From an uncultured Gemmatimonadales bacterium (GTDB lineage: Bacteria; Gemmatimonadota; Gemmatimonadetes; Longimicrobiales; RSA9), in the NCBI GenBank assembly GCA_963783305.1, contig CAWAMW010000007.1:78220-142219 (forward strand): 64,000 bases of DNA, read 5' to 3'. The notes beneath the pieces are model-generated. The model was given only the letters and a program-made list of their open reading frames with translations, did not search any database and was not told the DNA's origin. The translations under genes were made by a program, and so were the position numbers. Shown here piece after piece: positions 1-8,637 of the stretch. Numbering within the stretch: position 1 is the stretch's first letter; every line of letters begins with the position of its first letter.

Positions 1-152
1 CCGGGACGGTGTTCCTCCAGAGCCTGCCGTTCTCGCGCCTCGCCGACCGCGTGATGCAGGCGGCGCGTTTCGAGCAGAAGGGGGAGAAGAAGGGTGTGGG
101 TGGCCTCGGGGGTAACCTGCTCGGAGGTCTCCTGCAGGGAGATCGCAGCTAG
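1..152 (+). CDS. 3' end of an unidentified upstream CDS (partial; runs off the window start)
   Basis: Frame 3 is open from base 3 to a TAG at 150-152. The translation ends with a Gly/Leu-rich tail (GVGGLGGNLLGGLLQGDRS). There is no start in the window, so this is only the C-terminal tail; function not recognisable. Confidence 0.3.
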   Translation, partial: GTVFLQSLPFSRLADRVMQAARFEQKGEKKGVGGLGGNLLGGLLQGDRS

Positions 153-233
153 CAACCGGAGCACCGCCAGGGGATCGGATCTTGCGCCGCTGAACGCGCG
201 TCGTCCGCCGTCCGAATTCGTCGAGGGAGAGCC

Positions 234-1361
234 GTGTCGGAATCCGATCGATCGCAGGATGCGGTGGGCTACGCAGTCGTGGGGCTGGGCTGGATCAGTC
301 AGGCCGCCATGCTCCCGGCGTTCGCCAACGCCCGTGACACCTCGCGGCTGGTGGCCCTGGTCTCCGGCAGCGAGGAAAAGAGACGGGTCCTGGCAGACCG
401 CTATGGTCTCGATCCGGAGCGTGACACGTATGGGTACGATGACCTGGAATCGTGCCTGGAGCGCGACGACGTGGACGCCGTCTACATTGCCGTCCCCAAC
501 CACCTGCACCGGGAGTTCACCGAGCGCGCCGCGGCCATGGGTGTGCACGTGCTCTGCGAGAAGCCCATGGCCCCGAGCGTCGAGGACTGCCGCGCCATGA
601 TCGACGCGTGCGAAACGGCGGGCGTCCGGCTCATGATCGCGTACAGGCTGCACCTGGAGCCCGCCAACCTCCACGTGGTGGAGCGCGTCATGCGCGGCGA
701 CCTCGGCGACCTGCGGGTGTTCACCGCCACGTTCGCGCTCCAGGTCGCCGACGACGATATCCGCCTCGTCCCGCCCGAGCAGGGCGGTGGCCCGCTCTAC
801 GACATCGGCGTCTACTGCATCAACGCCGCACGCTATTTCTTCCGGGCGGAGCCCGAGGCGGTGTGGGCCACGCCAGCGGCGCGCGAGCAGCCGCGGTTCC
901 ACGAGATCGAGGAAGCGGTGAGCTGCGTGATGCGGTTCCCGGGCGAGCGCCTGGCCACGTTCACCTGCAGCTTTGGCGCCCACGATGTCTCGTTCCTGAC
1001 ACTCGTGGGCGACGAGGGCTCGCTTCGCATGGACAACGCCTTCACGTTCCAGGGCGATCGGACGATGGAGCAGGAGGGCGGTCAGGGGCCCGGGAGCCGC
1101 ATGTTCCCGGAGTCCGACCAGTTCGGCCCTCAGCTCGCTTACTTCTCCGGCTGCATCCGCGAAGAGCGCACCCCGGAGCCGGACGGCGAGGAGGGGCTGG
1201 TGGACGTGCGCATCATACGCGCACTATACGAGTCCGTGGAGACGGGACGGCCGGTCGATCTCGATCTCGAGCGCGAGCACCGGCCGGTCCCGGACATGGC
1301 CGTGCGGTACCCGGCCCTGGAATCACCCGGGATGGTGGACGTGAGCAGCTCGTCCGCCTGA
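234..1361 (+). CDS. Gfo/Idh/MocA family NAD(P)-dependent oxidoreductase
   Basis: 375-aa ORF with an N-terminal Rossmann motif (AVVGLGWISQ). Conserved EKP motif (VLCEKPMA) and the C-terminal alpha/beta domain typical of glucose-fructose oxidoreductase-like enzymes. Call is by family-level sequence recognition. Confidence 0.8.
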   Translation: MSESDRSQDAVGYAVVGLGWISQAAMLPAFANARDTSRLVALVSGSEEKRRVLADRYGLDPERDTYGYDDLESCLERDDVDAVYIAVPNHLHREFTERAAAMGVHVLCEKPMAPSVEDCRAMIDACETAGVRLMIAYRLHLEPANLHVVERVMRGDLGDLRVFTATFALQVADDDIRLVPPEQGGGPLYDIGVYCINAARYFFRAEPEAVWATPAAREQPRFHEIEEAVSCVMRFPGERLATFTCSFGAHDVSFLTLVGDEGSLRMDNAFTFQGDRTMEQEGGQGPGSRMFPESDQFGPQLAYFSGCIREERTPEPDGEEGLVDVRIIRALYESVETGRPVDLDLEREHRPVPDMAVRYPALESPGMVDVSSSSA

Positions 1362-1395
1362 CCATACCTGTACAACAACAGAAGAGGAGAAACAC

Positions 1396-1827
1396 ATGGC
1401 GATACGCAAGGCGAACGCGACCTGGAACGGCACCCTGAAGGATGGCGATGGCAAAATGCGACTGGGCGGTGGCGCCTACGAGGGCGCCTATTCCTTTCAG
1501 TCCCGCTTCGAGGAAGGGGAGGGCACGAACCCGGAGGAGCTCATCGCCGCGGCGCATGCCGGCTGCTTCTCCATGGCGTTCTCGGCCGAGCTCGGCAAGG
1601 CCGGCCACGACCCCAAGCGCGTCTCCACAGAGGCCCGCGTCAGCCTCGTCAAGGGGGACGAGGGCTTCTACATGAACCGCATCACGCTGGTGACCGAGGC
1701 GGAGGTGCCCGGGATCTCCGAAGACGAGTTCCAGAAGATCGGCGAGGCCGCGAAGAAGGGCTGCCCCGTCTCCCGCGCCCTGGCCGGGGGGCCGGAGATC
1801 AAGCTGGAGGCGACCCTCCGCAGCTGA
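1396..1827 (+). CDS. osmC: OsmC/Ohr family peroxiredoxin-like protein
   Basis: 143-aa ORF with a strong RBS (GAAGAGGAGAAACAC then ATG). Carries the two conserved Cys of OsmC (AHAGCF and KKGCPVS) and typical OsmC length. Confidence 0.85.
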   Translation: MAIRKANATWNGTLKDGDGKMRLGGGAYEGAYSFQSRFEEGEGTNPEELIAAAHAGCFSMAFSAELGKAGHDPKRVSTEARVSLVKGDEGFYMNRITLVTEAEVPGISEDEFQKIGEAAKKGCPVSRALAGGPEIKLEATLRS

Positions 1828-2076
1828 CCCGCGGGCGGCCGCTCCCTCTCGGGGGCTCGCTGGCCGCCATACGGCGGTCGCGTCGATCCGCGCGGTGAAC
1901 CGGTCGGGGTGGAGCAGTCCGGCGAGGACCTCCACCCCGTCCACCACCCGCGGTCCCGACCGGTTTAAGTACGACGATCCATCCACGATGAACGCCCGCC
2001 CGATTTCCACCGCGCGCGGCGCCCCCTCGTACTGGCGCTCCACTTTCGGAATGGAACCTGCCGCGCTGGCGTCGCC

Positions 2077-2871
2077 ATGAGCCGATATCCGGATCGAAGG
2101 GACGAGAACAGGAGCGGCTGGGACGCGGTCTGGAACGCGATCTACACCCTGCTTCGGTTCATCGCGCGGCACGCTCGTGGCTTCTTCGGGGCGGTGTTCA
2201 CCTACGTCTCGGTCAGCTTCATCGTGCTGGTTGGCGCCATCTGGGGCTTCGCCGAGATCTCGAGCGAGGTGCTGGCGGGGTCGACGCAAGCGCTGGATGA
2301 GTGGGTGCTGACCTATGTCGCCTCGCACCGATCGGATCTCCTGGATCACGTGGCGCTCGAGATCACTGCCCTCGGCAATTTCGCCACTCTGACCGTTCTC
2401 GTGCTCGTCGTGTCCGTCTTCCTCTGGGAAACGCGCCACCGGATCTCGGTAGCGCTGCTGTTCGCCGCCATGGCCGGCGGCGCCCTCCTCAATACGCTCC
2501 TCAAGGACATTTTCGATCGGCCGCGACCCACGGTGGTGGAGGCGAGCACCGAAGTCATGACGCAGTCGTTCCCCTCCGGTCACGCCATGGGGGCGTTCAT
2601 CGCATACGCGGGCGTCGCCTACCTGGCCGGCAGGCTCGGACCCACACGCACGCTCCGGGTCCTTACGTGGGCCTTCGCCGCCCTCCTCATCGTACTGGTG
2701 GGCGCAAGCCGCATCTACCTGGGCGTACACTACCCGAGCAATGTGCTCGCCGGCTACCTCGGTGGCCTCGCCTGGCTCGCGTTCGTCATGTCCGGCATCG
2801 CCGCCGCACGCTATTTCGCCCGACGCGAGCCGGCGGAGGCTGCCCGACACGAGCAGGACCTCGAGGCGTAG
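2077..2871 (+). CDS. PAP2 family (phosphatidic acid phosphatase type 2 / undecaprenyl-diphosphatase-like) membrane phosphatase
   Basis: 264-aa multi-TM ORF with the three PAP2 signature motifs: KDIFDRPRP, PSGH and SRIYLGVHYPSNV. Confidence 0.8.
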   Translation: MSRYPDRRDENRSGWDAVWNAIYTLLRFIARHARGFFGAVFTYVSVSFIVLVGAIWGFAEISSEVLAGSTQALDEWVLTYVASHRSDLLDHVALEITALGNFATLTVLVLVVSVFLWETRHRISVALLFAAMAGGALLNTLLKDIFDRPRPTVVEASTEVMTQSFPSGHAMGAFIAYAGVAYLAGRLGPTRTLRVLTWAFAALLIVLVGASRIYLGVHYPSNVLAGYLGGLAWLAFVMSGIAAARYFARREPAEAARHEQDLEA

Positions 2872-2978
2872 ACGCCGAGACTCGGACCCGGCGCAGAGCC
2901 GCGCGATCTCGCCTTGTTGTTCGGCGGCCGCCGTCGCAGATTCAGGCGACGATCGCCGTTTCTCCTGGAGGTTTCCAC

Positions 2979-5639
2979 GTGCGCCAGTTCCAGGGCACTG
3001 CCCTGATGCCGCGCGGCACCTTGCTGCTCGCGCTGCCAGCCCTCGCCATGACCCTCGCCTCGACCCTCGACCCAGCCCCACTGGCCGCGCAGCAGAGTGC
3101 TGCGCTCACGGACCCCGGCGTTTCCCTCGATCTGGCTCGACACCGCGCCGCCACACTCTCTGACATCCGCTACGACGTCGCGTTCCGAATCCCCGCGGAC
3201 CGGGACGCCGACGTGACTGGCACGGTCACCATTTCCTTCGATCGCGCCGGTGCCGACCCCCTGGTGCTCGATTTTGCGGATCCTGCGAAGGTTCGAGAGG
3301 TTCGCGTGGGCAGCCGCGCCGTCGACCACGAGTCCATCCACGACCACCTCGTGATCCCGCCCGGCGACCTGCCGGCGGGGCGCGGCGCGGTGACCATCGA
3401 CTTCGTGGCGGCCGACGCCCCGCTGAATCGGCGGGACGACTTCCTCTACACCCTCTTCGTACCGGACCGCGCCCACGAGGCGCTCCCGTCGTTCGACCAG
3501 CCGGACCTCAAGGGCCGGTTCCGCCTTCGGCTCACGGTTCCCGCGGAGTGGACAGCGGTGGCCAACGGAGCGGTGGAGGAGCAGGAGAGGCGTGGCGATG
3601 AGGTCGTCTATCGATTCACCGAGACGGAGCCGCTGCCGACCTACCTGTTCGCATTCGCAGCGGGTGAATTCGAGGTGGAGGAGGCCGAGCGGGACGGGCG
3701 CCGCCTCCGGCTGATTCACCGGGAGACCGATGGCGAAAAAGTGGCGCGAAACCGCGATGCCATCTTCGACCTCCACGCCACCGCCCTTGCCTGGCTCGAG
3801 GACTACACCGCCATTCCATATCCGTTCGGAAAGTTCGATCTGGTGGCCATCCCGTCCTTCCAGTACAACGGCATGGAGCACCCGGGCGCCATCCTGTATC
3901 GGGCGTCCACCCTCTTCCTCGATGAGAGCGCCACCCGCAACCAGGAACTGGGGCGCGCCAGCGTGATTGCGCACGAGACCGCCCACATGTGGTTCGGCGA
4001 CCTCGTCACCATGCGCTGGTTCGATGACGTATGGATGAAGGAGGTGTTCGCCAACTTCATGGCGGCCAAGATCGTGAACCCCTCGTTCCCGGACCTCGAC
4101 CACGAACTGCGCTTCCTCGTCGCCCACTATCCGTCCGCGTATGGAGTGGATCGCACCGCAGGCGCAAACCCGATCCGGCAGCCGCTCGAGAACCTCGACG
4201 ATGCGGGTAGCCTCTACGGCGCCATCATCTATCAGAAGGCGCCCATCGTCATGCGACAGCTGGAGCGACTCACGGGGGAGGAGCCCTTTCGCGCCGCACT
4301 CCGCTCCTACCTCGACGCGCACCGTTTCGGTAACGCCGGCTGGCCCGCGCTCGTGGAGGAGCTGGACCGTGTGACCGACCTCGACGTAGGGGCCTGGAGC
4401 CGCGTCTGGATCGAGGAGGCGGGGCGGCCCGTCATCGACCTCGAGGTCCAGCGCGCCGACCCATCGCCGCGGATCGTCCTCCGGCCCCGCGACCCGGCGG
4501 GGCGGGGAAGGGTCTGGCCGCAGCGAAGCGTCGTCTCTACCCTCGGCCGCGATGCCGTCGAGCCTCCCCACGGCCTCGCCTCCACCGCCCCGCCCCTCCA
4601 ACCGCGGCCGCTCTCGACCGAACCCGTGACCCTCGCCGCGGACACCGTCACGCTACCGGAACCGCCCGGGACCCATGTGGTCCTGCCGAACGCGGACGGC
4701 CTGGGATACGGGCTGTTCCGACTCGACCCGCGATCGCGTCATGGGCTGATCGACGGCCTCGAAGAGCTCCCGGAGCCCCTCGAGCGCGCCGTCGCGTGGC
4801 TGGACCTGTGGGAAATGATGCTGGAGGGGGAAGTGGCGCCCGCGGCGCTCATGGAGACGGGGCTCCGGGTCGTCGCTCGTGAGTCCGATGAGCTGGTGGC
4901 GCAGCAGGTCCTCGGGGATCTGACGGAGCTCTTCTGGCGCTACCTGGACCCCGGCGTTCAGCGCGCCCGTGCCGCCGAGCTCGACCGGCTGCTCTGGAAC
5001 CGAATCGAGGCCGTCGAAGGGGCGTCGGCGAAAGCGGCGTATTTCAACGCGTGGCGGTCCACGGCCCTCACCCCGGCCGCCCTCCAGCGGATGCGCGAGG
5101 TGTGGAGCGGCGAGCGCGTCATGGACGGCCTCCCACTCTCCGAGCGCGACCGTACGGAGCTGGCCCTCCAGCTCGCTGTGCGCGATGTGGAGGGCGCCGA
5201 AGCGCTCCTCGATCGGCAGGAGTCCCAGATCGAGAACCCGGACCGGCGGGAGCGCTTCGCATTCATCCGCAGAGCCGCATCGCCGGACCCGGCCGTCCGC
5301 CGCGCCTTCTTCGAGTCGCTCTCCGACCCGGCGAACCGGGCGCGGGAGGAATGGGTGGTGAGCGCGCTATCGCTGCTCCACCACCCGCTGCGCGCCGACC
5401 AGTCCCTCGAGTACCTTCGACCGGGATTGGACCTCCTCCTGGAGGTGAGGGCCACGGGCGACATCTTCTTCCCCACCCGCTGGCTCGCTGCCACACTCGC
5501 GGGGCACTCCTCCGCCGCGGCCGCGGCCGTCGTGCACGACTTCATCGACAGCCACCCGGACTACCCCCCGCGCCTCATGGGCAAGCTGCTCCAGGAAGCC
5601 GATCCGCTCTTCCGGTCCCAGACCCTGCGGCAGCCCTAG
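2979..5639 (+). CDS. M1 family aminopeptidase (aminopeptidase N-like), secreted
   Basis: GTG at 2979 preceded by GGAGG (ATG alternative at 3006). Signal peptide (MPRGTLLLALPALAMTLASTL). Gluzincin HEXXH-18-E motif (HETAHMWFGDLVT ... WMKEVFANF) and the GAMEN-like substrate motif (NGMEHPG). TAG stop at 5637-5639. I rejected the long ORF-track extension upstream (2301-) as out-of-context read-through. Confidence 0.85.
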   Translation: MRQFQGTALMPRGTLLLALPALAMTLASTLDPAPLAAQQSAALTDPGVSLDLARHRAATLSDIRYDVAFRIPADRDADVTGTVTISFDRAGADPLVLDFADPAKVREVRVGSRAVDHESIHDHLVIPPGDLPAGRGAVTIDFVAADAPLNRRDDFLYTLFVPDRAHEALPSFDQPDLKGRFRLRLTVPAEWTAVANGAVEEQERRGDEVVYRFTETEPLPTYLFAFAAGEFEVEEAERDGRRLRLIHRETDGEKVARNRDAIFDLHATALAWLEDYTAIPYPFGKFDLVAIPSFQYNGMEHPGAILYRASTLFLDESATRNQELGRASVIAHETAHMWFGDLVTMRWFDDVWMKEVFANFMAAKIVNPSFPDLDHELRFLVAHYPSAYGVDRTAGANPIRQPLENLDDAGSLYGAIIYQKAPIVMRQLERLTGEEPFRAALRSYLDAHRFGNAGWPALVEELDRVTDLDVGAWSRVWIEEAGRPVIDLEVQRADPSPRIVLRPRDPAGRGRVWPQRSVVSTLGRDAVEPPHGLASTAPPLQPRPLSTEPVTLAADTVTLPEPPGTHVVLPNADGLGYGLFRLDPRSRHGLIDGLEELPEPLERAVAWLDLWEMMLEGEVAPAALMETGLRVVARESDELVAQQVLGDLTELFWRYLDPGVQRARAAELDRLLWNRIEAVEGASAKAAYFNAWRSTALTPAALQRMREVWSGERVMDGLPLSERDRTELALQLAVRDVEGAEALLDRQESQIENPDRRERFAFIRRAASPDPAVRRAFFESLSDPANRAREEWVVSALSLLHHPLRADQSLEYLRPGLDLLLEVRATGDIFFPTRWLAATLAGHSSAAAAAVVHDFIDSHPDYPPRLMGKLLQEADPLFRSQTLRQP

Positions 5640-6760
5640 TCGCTGTACAGCGCCTCCAGCTCGTAGACCGAATCGGCCGGACCGATCAGGATCATGGTCT
5701 CGCCCGGCTCGATCGTCCGCTGCGCCGCCGGTGTCAGGTCGAAGGAGCCATCCGGCCGACGGATCGCGAGGATCGATACGTTCCGCATCCGGCGGAGGTC
5801 GCAGCCCGCTATGGTCTGACCCGCGAAGGGGGAATCCCCGGCCACGGTGATCTGCCCCACATCCACGTCCGGGTCCGCACCGACCCGGAAGATCCGGCCG
5901 AAGAAGTCATGAACCGCGGGTCGGAGGAGCGCCAGGGCCAGGCGGTGGCCGCCGATGGAGGAGGGCGTCACGACCCGGTCCGCGCCGGCCCTGAGCAGCT
6001 TGCTCTCCAGCGTCTCGGTCCCCGAGCGGGCGATGATCAGGAGCCGCGGGTTCAACTCCCGGGCCGTAAGGACGGTCAGCACGTTTTGCGCGTCACCGTC
6101 CAGCGCGGCGACCAGGCCGCGGGCGGTTTCGATCCGGGCCTGGCGCAGCGTTTCCTCGGAGGTAGCGTCCATCGAGAGGTGCGGGATGTTCCCCTCCAGC
6201 AGCTCTTCCTCCAGGCCCTCCTCCCAGTCCACGACCACGAAGGGCTCGCCTCGCGCCTCGAGGTCCCGCAGGATCTGCCGGCCGAGACGGCCATAGCCGC
6301 AGATGATGTAGTGCTCCCGCATGTCGCCGACCATGTCCCTGTTCCTCCTGCGCTGGACCGATACCCAGAATGTCTGGCCGAGCATGACCTCGGCGGCGTT
6401 GCTGATCGCCCACGCGGCCACGCCGACGCCGACGATGATGAGAAAGGTGGTGAAGAGCATCCCCGGCGCATCCAGCTCCACCACCTCACGGAACCCCACC
6501 GTGGCCAGGGTGATGACCGTCATGTACAGCGCCTGAACGAAGGTCATGCCTTCGAGCAGGATATACCCGGCGGTGCCGAGCGCGATCAGGCCCAGGAGGA
6601 GGAGGAGGGAGAGCTGGAGCTGACGGATCGGCTCCGAGAGAGCCGATCGCAGACGCTGGACCAGTCTCGCCAGGGGGCTCGAGCGCGATCGACTCATGCC
6701 CGGACCGCGCCGATCCGGTAGACGTCCCTCACTCGTGTTGCTGCGCGCGCTCTGCGTCAC
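5636..6760 (-). CDS. Two-TM K+-channel-like protein with RCK (TrkA-N/TrkA-C) domain; non-canonical selectivity filter
   Basis: Two TM helices plus a pore helix region (ALYMTVITLATVGFRE). The filter aligns to MthK-type TVGYGD but reads TVGFRE. Followed by a Rossmann RCK domain (IICGYGRLGRQILRDL) and a C-terminal TrkA-C domain. The start could instead be the internal Met at about 6697. Stop codon overlaps the aminopeptidase stop (CTAG). Confidence 0.7.
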   Translation of the reverse strand: MTQSARSNTSEGRLPDRRGPGMSRSRSSPLARLVQRLRSALSEPIRQLQLSLLLLLGLIALGTAGYILLEGMTFVQALYMTVITLATVGFREVVELDAPGMLFTTFLIIVGVGVAAWAISNAAEVMLGQTFWVSVQRRRNRDMVGDMREHYIICGYGRLGRQILRDLEARGEPFVVVDWEEGLEEELLEGNIPHLSMDATSEETLRQARIETARGLVAALDGDAQNVLTVLTARELNPRLLIIARSGTETLESKLLRAGADRVVTPSSIGGHRLALALLRPAVHDFFGRIFRVGADPDVDVGQITVAGDSPFAGQTIAGCDLRRMRNVSILAIRRPDGSFDLTPAAQRTIEPGETMILIGPADSVYELEALYSD

Positions 6761-7130
6761 GAGCGGCCCGCGCCTGCTGCCGCGCGCGGTCTTCCAGCAC
6801 CACGTGCCGCTGCGCGTGCTCGACCTGGAATCTCATCGAACCCACACCCTCCCGCAGAATCCGGCTCTTCGTCGACAGGGATCCGCCGCGCCCGGCCGCG
6901 ATCTCCATGGCGCCCGCGAGCTGCGACAGCGCGTCGAAGCCGGCCCCCATGAACTCGATCTTCAGCCGGCCGAACGCCCGCTTGAGCGGCATGGTGAGCA
7001 TTTCCGCCTGCTTGGGGTTCCTGGTACCCGCATAGCGCTCGACCTGGCCGTAGAGGCTCTGGACCTTGGTGAGCATCGCGTCGAGGGCCGCGAGCTGCAT
7101 CTGTGCCTGGGGACTGAGAAGACCGGCCAT
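6729..7130 (-). CDS. Hypothetical alpha-helical protein (co-oriented between the histidine kinase and the channel gene)
   Basis: 133-aa ORF on the same strand and in tandem with the two-component system and the channel. No recognisable domain. The call rests on operon context and coding-like composition only. Confidence 0.4.
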   Translation of the reverse strand: MAGLLSPQAQMQLAALDAMLTKVQSLYGQVERYAGTRNPKQAEMLTMPLKRAFGRLKIEFMGAGFDALSQLAGAMEIAAGRGGSLSTKSRILREGVGSMRFQVEHAQRHVVLEDRARQQARAARDAERAQQHE

Positions 7131-7151
7131 CCGGCAACCTACGACCGCCGG

Positions 7152-7226
7152 GCGGCCGCGGCTACCGACCGGCCGGAGCCACCGGGCGGTTGCGGCTACC
7201 GACCGGCCGGAGCCACCGGGCGGCTA
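7152..7226. repeat. 32-bp direct repeat x2 (GCGGCTACCGACCGGCCGGAGCCACCGGGCGG) with internal CCGGCCGG palindromes
   Basis: Read directly from the sequence: two near-identical tandem copies sit just downstream of the histidine kinase stop. The inner palindromes could form hairpins, so a terminator-like role is possible. Confidence 0.6.
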
Positions 7227-8564
7227 CTCGCCCGTGCTCGGCAGCCTCAGCCTCGCCACCGCGCCGCTGCGGTCGCGCCTGTCATGGAGCGTGAGCTGCC
7301 CCCCGTGCGCCTCGGCGATCTGTCGGCTCAAAGCGAGACCGATACCCGACCCCTCCGGCTTCGTGGTGAAGAAGGGGACGAAGAGGTTGGTGCTGTCTCC
7401 GATTCCGGGGCCCGCATCCCGCACCAGCACCTCCACGGAGCCGCCATCCCGCCGCCACTGGATCTCCACACCGCCGCCCGTCTCGAGGGAGGCGTCCACG
7501 GCGTTCGTGACCAGGTTGATCAGGAGCTGGTCCAGCTGGTCGCCATCGGCGGCGATCACCATCTCCGGTCCTCCAAGCACGGCCACCGGCAGGCGCGTCT
7601 CGAGCTCCGCCACGCGCCGGATCCAGGGCCGCACCTCCATCGGCTCCCGGTCGGGCGCCGGCAGCCGGGCAAGGTGCGCGTAGGACGCCATGAAGCGGTT
7701 CAGAGCCTTTGCGCGACCCGCGATGACGCCCAGCCCCTGGCGCACGTCGTCCTCCGCGTCCGCCGGCCGCGGCTCCCGCTCCAAAATCCGCTGCAGGCTC
7801 TCCGTCAGCGACAGGATGGGCGCCAGCGAGTTGTTGATCTCGTGACCCAATACCCGGACGAGCCGTTTCCACGCCTGCCGCTCCTCTTCGCGAAGAGCCC
7901 GACTCAGGTCCGCCAGCACGACCAGGTGGTGCCGCAGCCCCTCCTGCCGGAACGTGGTCCGACGCAGTTCCCAGCGACCGGTGCCCCCGGGGTAGCGGGA
8001 GTCCAGCGTGCGGGGCGTCTCGCCCGTCAGCGTCTCGCCAAGCCCCAACTCGTCCGCGCTCCGCTCCAGCAGGCGGTCCGCCGGGCGGCCCAGGAGCCTC
8101 TCGCCCGCGCGGTTGACGAGCTTCAGTCGCCCGTCGCCATCGAACGCGAAGACCGCCACCTCGATCTCCGCCATGACTTTCCGGAGCAGGGTGCTGGCCT
8201 CTACGGCGCCCAGTCGCTGCTCGCGGAGCGTGTAGCCCAGCGAGTTGATCTCCAGCAGGGCGAGGCCGAGTGCGTTGTCCGGTTGCGCGTTGCGGGCGCG
8301 GATCGAGAAGTCGCCCTCGCGGAGCGCGCCCAGGAGGTTCGACAGCGTCTGGAGCGGGCGAGCCACGCGCTCGCGGAGGATGGTGGCCGCGCCCAGCCAC
8401 ACGACGATGATCAGCGTGGAGAGGGTCCACTGAACCCGCGGTGCGAAGGCGCCCGTCCACAGGAGGACCAGCGCCGTGACGGAGCCGGGCAGGCCCGCGA
8501 AGAGCGCCAGGAGGAACACGCGGCGCTCATGGGAGAAGCGCCCCGCCGGCCGCTCCGTCTTCAC
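7224..8564 (-). CDS. Sensor histidine kinase (two N-terminal TM helices, HisKA, HATPase_c)
   Basis: H-box HEINNSLAPI. N, G1 and G2 boxes (LINLVTNAVDAS, DAGPGIG, GSGIGLALSRQIAEAHGG). Lies immediately downstream of the sigma-54 response regulator on the same strand. Confidence 0.85.
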   Translation of the reverse strand: MKTERPAGRFSHERRVFLLALFAGLPGSVTALVLLWTGAFAPRVQWTLSTLIIVVWLGAATILRERVARPLQTLSNLLGALREGDFSIRARNAQPDNALGLALLEINSLGYTLREQRLGAVEASTLLRKVMAEIEVAVFAFDGDGRLKLVNRAGERLLGRPADRLLERSADELGLGETLTGETPRTLDSRYPGGTGRWELRRTTFRQEGLRHHLVVLADLSRALREEERQAWKRLVRVLGHEINNSLAPILSLTESLQRILEREPRPADAEDDVRQGLGVIAGRAKALNRFMASYAHLARLPAPDREPMEVRPWIRRVAELETRLPVAVLGGPEMVIAADGDQLDQLLINLVTNAVDASLETGGGVEIQWRRDGGSVEVLVRDAGPGIGDSTNLFVPFFTTKPEGSGIGLALSRQIAEAHGGQLTLHDRRDRSGAVARLRLPSTGE

Positions 8565-8637
8565 CGGTCGTGCCTCGCGAGCGGCACGCGCGCGCGTCGG
8601 CCCCGATCGCCGGTCCTCGAGTACCGCGTCCGGTCGC

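Noticed and set aside
2301-2978. Upstream 226-aa extension of the aminopeptidase ORF, overlapping the PAP2 gene
   Set aside because: It overlaps a well-supported gene in another frame. A GGAGG-preceded GTG/ATG followed by a signal peptide marks the real start.
1213-3081. 622-aa minus-strand ORF, along with many other long overlapping ORFs (e.g. 2811-4601 -, 5051-6721 +, 6696-8684 +, 8476-10017 +, 16462-18030 +, 19603-20874 -, 24511-25773 +, 42628-44097 -, 46859-48994 -, 54980-56998 +)
   Set aside because: They lie antisense or out of frame to genes with clear domain signatures. Their translations are Arg/Pro/Gly/Ala-rich low-complexity sequence with no motifs, as expected of stop-poor frames in roughly 70% GC DNA.
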